Assembly: GCA_050084515.1 (NCBI GenBank)
Contig: CM114271.1
Location: 17,298,001 to 17,362,000, forward strand
Direction of reading: 5' to 3'
Source: Blasia pusilla
Lineage: Eukaryota
Length of the DNA stretch: 64,000 nt
Shown here: piece after piece, positions 39,901 through 52,927 of the stretch
Layout of the letters: every line of letters begins with the position of its first letter
How positions within the stretch are numbered: the first letter of the stretch is position 1
Translations under genes and position numbers: made by a program
The notes under the pieces: generated by a model
Database searches by the model: none
The model's input: the letters and a program-made list of their open reading frames with translations, nothing else
What the model was told of the DNA's origin: nothing

Positions 39901-40697
39901 AATATTGAGGATATGGTACAATGACTCAAGCTAAAGTTCTAGATGTGATATGAAGAACTTGGAAGAACTCAAGTACTTCCTTGGTGTTGAGTTTATCAAG
40001 CTTGGAGAGAGCATGTGGTTATTACAACAATAATTTTCTCTTCACATACTTTCAAAATATAGTATGACGGCTTGTAAGCCCATCCCTACACCATTGACCA
40101 GAGTGTGAAGCTAAGAGTGGACGAAGGAGAGTTGCTTGCAGATTCTAGTATGTACAGGCGAATGGTTTGAAGTTTGATCTATCTGAATATAACAAGGCTA
40201 GATTTGAGCTATGCAATTGGCCTAGTGAGGAAATTATCCAAGCACCTTAAAAACCTAACTTGATGATGTGAGGAGGATTATGCGGTATGTGAAATTCTTT
40301 GTTGAATTCGAGCTTCAATTTGAACCTTCTCAGAGTTTACAATTAGAGGGATTCACATATGCTGATTGGGCAAGAAGCGTGTTTGAAAGACACTCCACAT
40401 CTGGAAAGCGCAAATATAAGTTGGGCTTCAAAGAAGCAACCTACAATTGCTTTATCTTCAACAAAGACTCAGTATAGAGGAGCAACCAATGCAACACGTG
40501 AGGCGGTCTGGCTTTATCGATTACTTGTTGAGATTGATGTTAGTAACTTAGGATCTAGTGTAATATATGTAGATAATATTAGTAATATCAAACTTGCTAA
40601 TAACCCTATGTTTCATGCTCAAACTAAGCATACTGAGGTGCATTATCATTTCATTAGAGAGAAAGTGTTTGTAGGAGAAATTGATCTTGTGTATATA
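36988..40697 (+). mobile_element. Decayed Ty1/Copia retrotransposon (5' LTR ~36988-37288, PBS 37289-37300, gag ~37796-38120, RT/RNase H ~39290-40697); protease/integrase not seen
   Basis: TGATATTAGAGC (decayed Met-i PBS TGGTATCAGAGC); gag NYNAWKFRI...QELWELV; RT HMDIKNAFLNGDL, LYVDDL; RNase H ISWASKKQPTIALSS, MFHAQTKHTEVHYHFIRE. Confidence 0.88.
38120..39015. mobile_element. LTR of the 2479-3457 family lying inside the Copia relic
   Basis: Ends GGAGAGTAGGCGCACGATA like the 3457 end; left end truncated; no TSD seen. Confidence 0.85.
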
Positions 40698-41366
40698 TGT
40701 CGTGCGCCTACTCTCCTTGAATGTTAATCTTTGTTGTTGAGGAAGCGTGCATTCAGTGGGACACTCTCAACGCTAATATGCATCTAAACACGCACTAATA
40801 TTACTCGGTTCTGGATCAATTAGCCATTCAACTTGTCGAGCTCTCAACTCGGCCTCTCATCAAGCTCAACCTTCCTAGTTTCTCGGTTTACAACACAGGC
40901 AAGTCTCAAAAGACCTGGCATAGACTTTCTGGTTGGTTCACGAACCTCAAACAACTTTTTTTGCGTGGCGCTTCCAATTGTCCAATGGACATCCAACGAG
41001 TCCCTAACCGAGACTCACACAAAATGAATCACGGGTGGGAATCCAAGAGTGGCTTACGAAATCGACTCCCTTAGATCAGGTTTGGGTTTCGAGTTCTAGC
41101 GCCAAACTCTTGTTCCATCCTATGCCCTTGAGATGCCGTTTAGTGCTCAAAGTGGGGTTCGTGTTCCGAGACTCCTTGGAGAGACTCCTCCTTACTAGTA
41201 CTTCTGGGGATCAGGGGGGTTCCCCTAACTTTAGGGAAAGACAATTGTGCCCCTCACATTGGCCCTCAACATGATTGCTCTCATAGTTGTTTTCGGCCAA
41301 TATCTTAGTCTATAATTATGCGTTTGCTCAAATCTTTGGTGCGTTGGAAGCGTCTCAAGATAAGAT
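40698..41366. mobile_element. LTR of the same family in opposite orientation, truncating the Copia RNase H
   Basis: TGTCGTGCGCCTACTCTCCTTGAA is the reverse complement of the family terminus. Confidence 0.85.
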
Positions 41367-41412
41367 TTAATTATTCATTCACTACTCCTTGAAAAAAAAA
41401 CAGATTTACTTG

Positions 41413-44400
41413 CACTAGTCAAAAAGTTCTTATGAGTTTATATTTCACACCCCTTGCCAAAGGAACCTCTTGCATCTTACTTTTTTTGAAAGTGGGATCA
41501 TCCATGTCAAATCCTTTCAAAACAGAACTCTTGCAAGGATTCCTTTGGCAAGAGGTATGAAATATAAAATCATCAGACCTTTATGATTAGATACCTCCAA
41601 ATTTCCAAGTATTAAAGTAATGGCATGTACTCATACTGCAATAAGATAATTTATTGAAGCATGACTCTTACTTTATCCTTGGGCTTATACGGGATATCTC
41701 ATCCTTGTGCTCATGGTTCTCCTTGACCAACCAATCCCATGTACGTTATCATAGATAATACGTCAATATTTCATGTTGCTTGTTGGGTGGCGGACCAATT
41801 GGGGCGGGGAGGGTTTTCGGGTTTGCCTTCCCTCACATTCTTCCAATGCAAATTCTTTTCCCTAAGAACAGACATTAAGCTTGATTTACTATGGAATAGA
41901 TCATGGTTGTCAGGGTCATGCAATCTTCTATCTTGGATGGACAAGGACAACCAATCTATGTGGACATATTTAACACCACCTGAATTCCTTTGGGAATTCA
42001 TGATGGTCCATCTCAAATTTTCCAAAACTCTTACCCAATTCTCGGAAATGCCATGTGTGGCGTCACGGAGATATCCACTCTCTTTCCCACCCAATTTCAA
42101 AAGTTTGTCTTGAGCCGACACCATTCATCATGTGGCAATTCAAGGGAGGCCATGATGCATGCTATAATCCCTGCAAAAAGAGAGGTTGGCATTGTACCCG
42201 ATGCGCATCGAGGTGAGGTCTCATGACACATTAACACTTTAGAGACACCGCCACAGGGGAGTGGGGGAAGCTCAAAAATTCTCATTTTGGTATTGTGTTG
42301 CCAATGGTTTTCCATGATGGGCTACCTAGCTCTAAAGCTATACTTGCATGACTGAATATGCCAATGGATGACGAATGACTACAAAATTCCACTTGCAACC
42401 AGACACATCCTAATCATGAACCTGATCACAAGAGTCTTTTAGAAACCACCACGATTACATTTCATTCTTCCAAAACATATCTAATGCATAATGTTGATAC
42501 AAAACCTAATATTATATAGTTTTGCAATTATGGCCGCTCGATCAAAAGATTAGAACTCTCAAAATCAGAGGGTAGGTAATGATGAGTCTCTATATGAATT
42601 CATACCACCTACTTAGTGAGCATGTTTAGAACCTCAATCCTCTTTGTATCAGAAGTGGCTACCCTGCAATCTCCACCAAAATACCACGGAATTTTGTTCA
42701 AACACAAATCTCTCATCCGCCAACCTGAAAATCAAATCTAGGAAATATGATCTCTCAAAGGAGCCTAAAGTGTGGGATTAACTTTGTGGTGGTGGTAATA
42801 GAACCACCATCTATCCTTGCCACATGTTGCATGGTCATATATAATTTGATCGCATGCATAACCCTTGCTCATAGCCTTCTTCAAGCAAATCCAATGCCAT
42901 GCAGTGGGGCACCTACGACAATAGACTATGTCCTCCCACAACTCCTCATCGTGCTTGTGGCATCTTGGGCAATAATGCATGGGGCAAGACTCCACTCCCG
43001 TAGACAAACAAGTAAAGCAAAAAAACCTCACACAAAAGGTATCTGGGCACTTTCTCGCACAAACCCCAGAATCTGCGCTCTCTGCAAAACTCCCCTCTAG
43101 ACCACACCTGGCACACTTGGTGAATTGCTTCACACAATCCTGCCACAACCAGCTCCCCTCATGGTTAGGTGGGAGGTTGACCCCTAGACAAGAGTTCTCT
43201 ATAGCCACCCCCCTGATTCTACAGTTGCGTGGAAGTGCATAGTACAAGGCCCATCGCAAACAACCAGGTCCTCCCCATCATCATAGATTGCATAAATGTG
43301 GGTTGCCTTCTACAGGACCTGGAGTGCACTATATGGCGCATAAGTGTTCATCTCGGGAGTTTTCTTGGCCGGGTACTTCGGGCGCGCCATCCTTGTATGT
43401 TGGTTATTCTTGGATTTCTGCACACAAGACAATAAATGACTTCAAAAATATCCATATAGGGTATGTATGTCTACAATATTAGATAGGAAAATCTGGACTC
43501 TATCTTTTGTGAAGCCAATTGAGGAAAATGATAAATTTCCAAGAACCCATGTCTGAATTCCACATTGAACCTTACCTGTAACTATAATTTGCGAATGTAT
43601 ACGAATGGGGTAAAATGACACAAGCGGGAGACGACCAGGATAATGTGCAAAATAAGAAATTGTGCACACACGATTTACATCCATCATTTTATGGTCTAAC
43701 AAGGTGTGACTTGGAGCCTTATGCCGTGCAATTGCAGATCCCTCATATTAGGTAGGTAAGAAGTATTTGAGATGTTGATAAGAAGGAGGACATACCATAT
43801 GAACACTGTATTAATATAAACACCTTACAATATCCATGCATACTGAAACTTCATGTCATTCCCAACCCTATCCAGACATTAATATATATTGTTTTGAGTT
43901 CATCAACTGAGTGTCCATTTTATGAGTGTATGTGGCCTAAGACTTCAGCCTAGCTAGATAGAAAATTGATAGCGGAAAATTTAGGCTTGAAGAAAGTCCA
44001 CAAGATCACTCTCCCTTGAAGGTGAAACCACTAGGCTCATCAGGCAATGCCAGGGTCCTATCTTGTGGTGGCCATGCACAATCACTACTATAGCAAGGGT
44101 AGAAGGTGTGATCACACAGAATGGATCCATCACACACTCTACGCCCGGTTAGGCATGCTGTTGGTTAGCAAGGGTCAATGCTGGTAGGACACAAGGCACT
44201 CGATTGAGGGCAACAATTCTCTATGGAGAAAAGCATATTGAAATCCATGCAGATTCTTCGAGTGACATTGATCATGGATAACTCTTTGTCGTTGCAAACA
44301 TGGGGCTCGGAGTGGAAGCGCCCGCCACCGTGTGAGAATATCCAAAAGTCTACATCATGGTAAATGTGAAGTACCACATTGTCGACGATACCCAAGTGAA

Positions 44401-47400
44401 TGTAACACTTCATAGACTCCAACCTCCCATCATACTCACCCCACATCAACCATCTCAAGGAAAAGCAACATGTACGAGACCCACTAACTTCAAAGACACA
44501 AAAAACTCATGTGTCATGATCGTGCGCAACAACCTTGCTATAGACGATGTCCTCCATAATATCTGAAGGGAGTGTTGCAATGTGGTGCATAGCATCCAAT
44601 CGACCTTGCTAAATAACAAGTGAAGATTACTATTAGGTGTAGAAATTCAATGCATACTTAATTTTTTGCTTGATTCAAGCATGGCAAACAAAAGCTTACA
44701 AATGGATTTCAGTGGATGTGAAGGTTACTTGTAGCCTTCACGACACTTGGATTTCCAATACTCAATCCTCCGGTACCTGTACATAGAACAAGTTAAAGTT
44801 AAGTAGCATAAGAAGCATTTGTTTCTACAGGAACAATTACTTCTTACTGATTGTTTGGTTGCATACATCCACGTAATAGGGTCTTTTATCGTCCAAGGTC
44901 AAGAGTGTAAGCGCACCATGACCCCTCAGAATAAGCCCAATTCCATAAATGAGGAAAAATAAGTGTGACTCAATCAATGACCCTAAAAAATGGATCCTCT
45001 TATTTTCTTATTGTTTACAATTACAAATGTAACCTGTAAGCCATATGAAGGGCCTCAAGTTAGGCTACAAATCTGACTCGTTGCCATACTGCAGCATCAA
45101 GGCATATGTTTAGGCAACATATGCAAACTTTCCCTGAAATGGTTATACGACTTGAGCAAATGCATACTAAGTTCCCATGGGTGACAACTTCCCAAGTATA
45201 ACAATACTCAAGAATAACCTCCACCGTGTGGCCACCAATAGAACGGGCATATTCAAGCAAGGCTCGTGCCTTCCTAACTATGGGATGATCCTCCCTAGGG
45301 AGAATTTCCCTGCATCATGACAGATATGAAGGGTGACTTTGCGGGTGACCCCAAGCACTGGCCATGCTAATAGTGCTCCTCTATCCTCCATCCACATAAC
45401 AATATTTACCAATCGCACATATACGTGGCAATCTTCTAGGCGGAATAGCCAGTTCCTAGTCTGCCTTTGTCGTCTTTTTGGGGTCCAATAACGCTCAAAA
45501 TAAGCATGAAAGTAACAAATGTTTTCCCTTGGAGAATTTGGGAGGGCAAGGACATGGTCCAAGAGACTAGTAGGTCTGCTCATGGTAAAGATCTTCACCT
45601 TCACTTCAAGAGGAAGGCTTCTCGATCTAGACAAAAAGTACCCTGAGTCGTTTTGAGCCATTGGTTGAAATAAAACACCCGCCATCACTCTGATACCATC
45701 CAGAGACATGAAGGATGTAACATTCCTAAGACTTCTCTCTCCATGGTGCACAAGGCTACAACTGCCCGATATTTAATGACAACAAAACTTCTCTCTCCAT
45801 TCAAGTGAATATCCTAAATATTTACTAAACTACAAAAGAGTAGTTCAAAACTAAGTATACAAAGGACCACTAAGTATTCGAATAGACAAAGAAGTCACCA
45901 TACAGATCGTCCACCTCTCCCTCAAGTATCCACCTCTGGATCTTTTCATGGATTAGTACAGGGCATCTTTGATATTGAGGAGGGATTGTTTTTGTACAGA
46001 AGATTTTTGTTATTGCAGTTCTGACTCACATGTCCATTAAGATATCCAATAAATTCCCACAAAAAAAATCCATGAATTTCAATCAGATTTCATACCTTTT
46101 TAACCGCGCCCGGTTAAAACGTAGCTTCCAAACTTTTGTATCTGCTTACTATATGCTCAGACTCCTTCAACGCTCTACCAACCACCAACGATTATGAGAA
46201 TCGAGAATTTTTCTCTTCATCCACCATAGAGATGGGCCATACATGAGTACAACTAAAAGAGTGGACCAAGGGACACGATGCAATAGGAGCAAAAAACGGT
46301 GCTTCACTACAAGAATAAGAACGTCGCTAAGCCATTGGACCCTAGAAATATGAATTAGCTAGTTTGAGATGAGGTAGAAAAGAGTTCGGTTGAGAGAGAG
46401 AGAGATGTGTGGGATGGCAACACCAAAAAAAATGACAGGCTTGAAGTTGTACAACTGACATTATTTTGGGATATGATGCAACTAGTGCACAATCAGACAG
46501 AGTTGGTGTGATATCAGAACTTGGAGTGGTATCCCTATATTGGTCTAACACTCAAATCTCTGCACAAGGCTTCCCCTTGTCATCGACATTGTTTGGGCTT
46601 CACATGGATGATTGGCGATCCATCTGAACTAGCACAGTGCTTAGTACCACTACTGTTGTATGGGATGACACTCTCAAGCTGAAAATGACTATTTCTAGTC
46701 TAATTGAATAACTTCCATTCCGACATCACTTCCATTTAAATGGTGGCAAGTAATGTGAAGGAAACAATCATACTACTTAAAGAACTAGGAAATAGTCACC
46801 AATACCATTACCAACCTTTCAAAGAGATAAAGTGTTGACAAATGGAAATCTGGGTCACTTCACAATCAGTTGAAAGCAAGCTCCAACAATAGTTCTTTGT
46901 TGAAAGGGAAAAGAATTTGTACTTCAACAAAATAAATTCATGGTCTCTCATCGAATATGATAGTGCCCAAAAACACTCTTAAAATTATCTGAAGTTTGAG
47001 TTGTAGACTTAGCAGTACTGTACCTCCCTCAGCCAACCAAGAAGATTCAGTTAGTTACTTGCAATAGGCAATATCTGACCAACAATCAACATGATTCCTT
47101 GACAAACAATTTTCCCATCCCACATGTGAAATCTGGTCAAGGAATGCGATTCCACAAACTTGGCTGGAGATGTGCAACTTTCGACACGTTAAATCTCAAA
47201 GCAGATTCAGGAAGAAGGTACTTTGGAAGTTTTCCGAGGGAAAGAGTAAGAATAAAATCCACACTGAGAGGAAACAAGCTGAGATCCACGAGTGTAACTC
47301 CGAGTCCTGCATGTGATCGTCTCTAATATCTCTCATAAGTAATTTTGAATGACTAAGACACCAATGTTGTGATTAGATACATGCCATCTCGGTTTTGATG

Positions 47401-49889
47401 AGATACCTAGAGTCGTTGCTTGGGAAGCTACGGCACCGCCACTCTGCCAAGAGGAGTTATGAGTGGTACCAAAGTACGAAGACCAAAATCGAACGGAACC
47501 AAAAATGTATCACTCCTCGGACATATTGTAATCCAAAGGGCTTTCAAGAACAAATGTTCATCTACTGAAATTATAGAGGCTTTTACATCAATATCACCCT
47601 AGATGAGGATTCTATGCTTCTCAAAGGTGACAACGGTTGATGCAATTCAGGTTCTTCCGTAGTGCTGAGACATTGTAAATCGAACCATTCCCGGACTACG
47701 CTTAAGAGAGCCGGATTTTTGTGGCTTGAGAACCAAATTTCTGTTGCATGATCGGTCTCTCACTAATCGTAGACTGGTATATGCTAGGGACATTAGGCGT
47801 AAGAGAGGAAATGAAGTTGTACAAGAGGGAAGCGGTAGAGAGTTTGACATTTATACGTCAGTAGGAGCTACTCACCAAGACTTCTAACCCATATTCCTTG
47901 GAATGATCATTATTGGAGTGAGAAATTTGTGGCAAAAGATGATTAGTTGGTTGCGTTGATATTCTCTTCCCATAAGAATTTTCAGAATCACATGGAGGAT
48001 TGTCAAATTCCCTTATCGTGGCAAAGACCCTAGCCTCTAGGTTTCTCAGTTCGTGGCTAGGCAGGACCATGTTCAGATTGCTAAAATCTGGCAAAAGTGT
48101 GTGAAAACTAGAGAACATTAACTATACTATAAGACCTCTAAGGGTAGAGCTTGTCCACACACACAAAGAGGCACTAAACTGTATCAATGACTCAACATCA
48201 ATCAACTCCATGCTTGTAATCAACTCCTCAACACCCGGGAAAAAAATAAACCACTCACTCTGAACTTTGGTATCTCCGTCCTTATACTACCGAGTGTTTA
48301 CAACGCCCGATCGCCTCATATTTGTGATAATATATTACAAGAACAATCCTTGGAGCGTGGTACAGCTCCTCACGAATGCAATTCCACAAACCTTGCTGGA
48401 GATGCCACATATTCAAAATGTTAAATCTTAGAGCAGATTTAGGGAGAAGGTACTCCTGGAAGTTGTGCGAGGGAAAGTATGGAGGAGAAAATAAGGCCTT
48501 CACGAGGAAGACACCAAGGATACGGGCTTCAAAAGAACTCATCAAAATCTCAAGAGAGGAAGAGAGAGGTTGAGAGGAGAGTCATACCCGAAACTTTATA
48601 GCAATTGTTTTGCACGTCCACACAACCCGAGCAGCAAGAACTGTATGCCCACTTTGATTCACAACAACACCCATCAATCTTGCAAGGGAGAACAAGAAGA
48701 GCTCGTCCTAAGTGTGAGAAAACAGAAAGTGACAAAATTACTGAAATCTTTATAAAACTTGGAGATACAAAGTGGCCTAGTCCGTCCGTGCGCTCACAGA
48801 AGAGCTTCGATGGAACTTGAACATGGAGATAACTCGACATACGAGAATGCGCTACCGCTGCGGCTCTCGACTATTTGACTACTTGGGAAAACTAGGGTTT
48901 TTACCTAGTAACGCTACTCCTAAAACCACCTACGTCATATTACTATGACTCCTTTGACCTCTAAGTCGGAACCATTAATCTAGGCTTCTCCTCATACAAG
49001 GGAGCCGATCAGATTAATGATGCTTAGAGAAAGTGGATGTTGAGAATCCAACACTGAGCTGCAAAGATAGAGAAATCAAACATAAGACATCAGTTTGTTT
49101 CTAGTAGTGTTTAGAAATGTGAAACCTTTGGCGCAAAGGAGAAAGAGAGACAAGAAACATGCAACGCGAAATTGTGAAATCTGAACTGATCGGGTTCTCG
49201 CACTATCTCCCCCACTGTGTGCAATCAAAGGCCTTCTCCAAACCTTTTCTGAAGGTGGAGCTTCCGAAAGGGACTTTCCATGATACCAAGGCAGAAATCA
49301 GTTGGCTTCCACAATCGACCTCATCAAGCCTTCTCTTGAGAGTGTCAAAAGTATGATACCAACCTCGGACCAGAAAAGTGTCTACCATGAACTGAAAGAC
49401 GCATGAGAGACCGCACGAAAGAGAAAAGGCGCAGACCTGTATTCCTACCTTGGACGTTATTCAACAAAGCGCTGCAGGGTGTAGGTGTTTAGCTAGGGTT
49501 AACTTGTTAACTTTTATTTTCCCGTTATCAACTAATCTAAACTCTCTAAACCTTAGTTCATTTGAGTCTTCTTTGGCAACACCTACTAGCACCACTTGTA
49601 TATATTGCATGTGAACTAACCTTATATTGGCTTCCTAATAGTCCCCAAGAGGACTTATCATTGTTCATACAATAAAGAAATTCACAAATTATCGCCCATG
49701 AATTAGTAAGAAAACTAAACTCTTCCATCCTCTATGAGTTTAACCTAGTAATTAAATGTGACTTGAAGATCATATGAGTCATTCATGAGTGATTTGATGT
49801 GTTTTAGAGTAACTAGGAGTAGTTCAAATGACTCTTAGTAGTATGAGTCACTTTTACCTGGGTTTAAAATAGTCCCTTTTCTACTAGTG
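41413..49889. mobile_element. Putative large CACTA-type element with decayed cargo
   Basis: CACTAGTCAAAAAG at 41413 and CCTTTTCTACTAGTG ending 49889 form imperfect TIRs; inverted repeat ~41437-41569; flanks TTG and TAT do not form a TSD, so the two ends may belong to different copies. Confidence 0.4.
42830..43294 (-). pseudogene. EDM2/NSD-type multi-PHD finger cluster (frameshifted)
   Basis: YAIYDDGEDLVVCDGPCTMHFHAT (TAT codons one G>A from TGT, restoring CAIC), then CARCGLEGS...CPDTFC..FFCFTC...CPMHYCPRC...CRRCPTAWHWICL. Confidence 0.72.
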
Positions 49890-50260
49890 TATGGCTTCAC
49901 AATGCGGGAAAGCCCTCAATTATGACCCATGCCCTCATGATCATCCATGCCCCTCACATATGTATTGGTTACAAAGGCATGTAAGGTTAAACTTGTAATC
50001 TAGTCCCATATGGCTCAATAGTTTTTGGATGGGTGATCTGGAGTTGGGGGAGGCGATGCCCTTTGGTAGGAGTATATCATGCAATAGGCAGAACAATGCG
50101 TCCATGAACATGTTCAAAACAAAGTATTGCTCTAATAAGTTTAGTAGAATTAAGATAAGAGCCATGCCAAATGTTTGAGCACTATAATATAATAGAACTA
50201 CACCTTCTTGTCTAGATGACTCAACATCATAGAAATGGTTCACCATGGAGGAAATCATTT
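49890..50260 (-). pseudogene. CACTA (TnpD/Tnp2-like) transposase N-terminal fragment
   Basis: LHDILLPKG...KLLSHMGLDYK...CLCNQ followed by a PHCEA remnant (CPxC-like); truncated at the CACTA-like end 49889. Confidence 0.65.
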
Positions 50261-52927
50261 TTAATGTCTATCTTACACACATCAAGATTGCATGTGGGCA
50301 AAGTCTGTATACAAAGATATGTTCATGTCTGTGGACTTACATTCATTCTATGAAAGGATTTGTCCATGTGGGCCCTATGGTACCTTCAGATCCTACCACT
50401 CGATGAGGATACCTTTGGATCCAATGGAAATTCATTGTCCATCAAAAAATTAGTTTTACCTCATAAGACTCTTGTTTCTCTCAGTTTCTCTCAGTTTCAT
50501 CTTTCCATAGACCCTTTCTTATTTTCCTCTCTTTTGGTTAGTTTTACTTACTCTTATTCTATTTTGAGTTGTGCTACTTTCAAGTGTTTCTAAATAGACC
50601 TTACATCCTCCATGTCGTCATTAGGGAATTGATTGGAAGCCTCTTCGGGGCGATCGATATGACTTATTTTTTCACGATCTAATTTGCCATAACTTTTAGT
50701 GTATCCTTCCTCACACTTGTATCCCGCACTGTCGTTGCTTGGTGGAGATCTTGGTTGATGCTCATGCATTGTAATTTTACCTACGAGGAAGACAAAAGTG
50801 TATTCCCTACCATGAAAGGATGCTCCAACTTGAGATGCTTCCGAGATGGGGGGAACCTATACGCATATGTTGATATATTGGAATATTTTTTGGGGTTAGA
50901 ATTTAAGTACACCAATATAAAAATAAAAATAAACATTCACAAACAAACATAAACGAGAATATTACTAGTGTTTTACTATACACTAGTAAGATGCCTCTAC
51001 AGTGCATAAGTTTGAGAAAGCATATTGTGTAGTTCATGCCCTCCACGCAATTAATTTTGATTGATTATATTTTGCACAAAAACAATTGTTGCACTGAGAG
51101 ATTTTTTCTTGCCCATAGTGTGTAAAATATTTCTTGTTATTCCAGTGTAATGTATCACTCAAACATATGTTTGAAAATCAAGAAGGAATTCTCCATAATA
51201 ATATAGATTTATAAATAATGTGTATCTTATTTTTTCTTGGATCTTCTCCATTATGTGCTAGCAAATATCTCATTGCTTATCCTGATGATTTTGGTAGTGA
51301 CGGTGAAAATGTAAAAATCTTTATCCCGTTGCAAACCAAACCACTTGTATCATCCCTCCATGTGCGTTGCATTTCCATAAAGATGGGATGATGGAATGTA
51401 CCCAACTATGTTATCACCATTTATATATTGTCAATAATGAGAGTTCCTCACACTAAGAGCATGTGGGATCAAGAGATACTCCGAGAAAGATGAAGCCATA
51501 TTAAAAATTTTCCTCCATAACGTATGGGAGTATATGACATCAACACACATGAATGAGATGGGGGAGTCATCCCCACCACATATATTCCTTGTCAATGACT
51601 ATCCTATCTAACATGAGTATTCCAAGACCCATCCTAGGATCTAAAGTCAAATACTCCATGGTCTATATCCTATCCCATACCTCTAGAAGTTCACCGATAG
51701 GCATGCTATAATGATATCCCTATAGGGTCACAATTAATGATATGTTTTCACAATCATCCAAGGATGTATTGGAAATGCAACCCTTTGGGGATTATACTAT
51801 TAGAATACTATATTGAAGAACATGTCGACCATAGGGCCATATTTTTCAGATACAAAGGTACTTCCCTATGGATCCAAATTTAAGGTTGTGTCCTCTAACT
51901 ACCAGATGAGATACTAAAGTGCTCACTGTTGGATGGTCAACCTTGATTTCAAGGAGAGACAATGGTGGCATGGGCATGGATTGGAGAACCAACTTTATAG
52001 ACTAGCAGATAAGTGCACAAATATCTCACTTGCATTGATTCATGCATGGGAGGATGTATTTCCAATACATCCTTGGATGACTGTGCATACATACCATGCA
52101 ATCGATTCAAGGTTGCACGTAGACAAAGTCTGTGTCCACGGACTTATGTCCGTTGCGAGGACAGACATGTCAGTGCGGGCTCTTGGGGCCCACATTACCC
52201 GCTGCCCGCACTCAAGCCCACGCACACCGAGCATTCCACCCTTGCTCAGCCAGTGCCCATCATGCCAAATGCTCATTTTTAGGCCATGCCTGCGTCGTGC
52301 CTTGTGATTCATCGCTTCCGGCCCTAGCCAACATACGGGCTCTAGGGCCCGTATCCATCCTGCGACCAAGCCCGCATTGCAGCCCGTATGCGGGTCTGTG
52401 AGCATGCGACTAAGCCCGCATCGAAGCTTGCAAGCCCGCGACTGAGCCCACAACCAAGCCCCCCCCCCAAGCCCGCTGTTAGCCCACCGTAGCCCACGCG
52501 CCTTCCTATCCCCGCCCTTGCCCATGCGGGCTGTGCCCAATTGGGTGATGCCACATGGTGGGACATGAGTGGCTGGGGCCAAGTTTTAACTTGGCCCCAC
52601 TCCACTCCCCTCCCTTAAGTGTGGAAATCTCCTGTTTCACTAAAGAGTGAACCCGAGTGTTTAGATTTGTTTAATTGGTTCTCCTTAGCACATCAAGGAT
52701 GTGGAGGTGATAAAGGAACCTTATCTAAACACGCCCATATCTACCTACTCCCTTTGAGTGCCCAACCCAAAACTTACACCCCTTTTCCATCATTCACGCG
52801 CTTGTATATTTTGAGCCGTTCTTTTAGCATCTTGCTTCATTATCTTTTCGGTATTTTCTTATCTCAACATGTAGATTTCTTTCCCTTGTACTTTTAAAAG
52901 ATTTATTATCTTCTTCAACCGAGGGAA

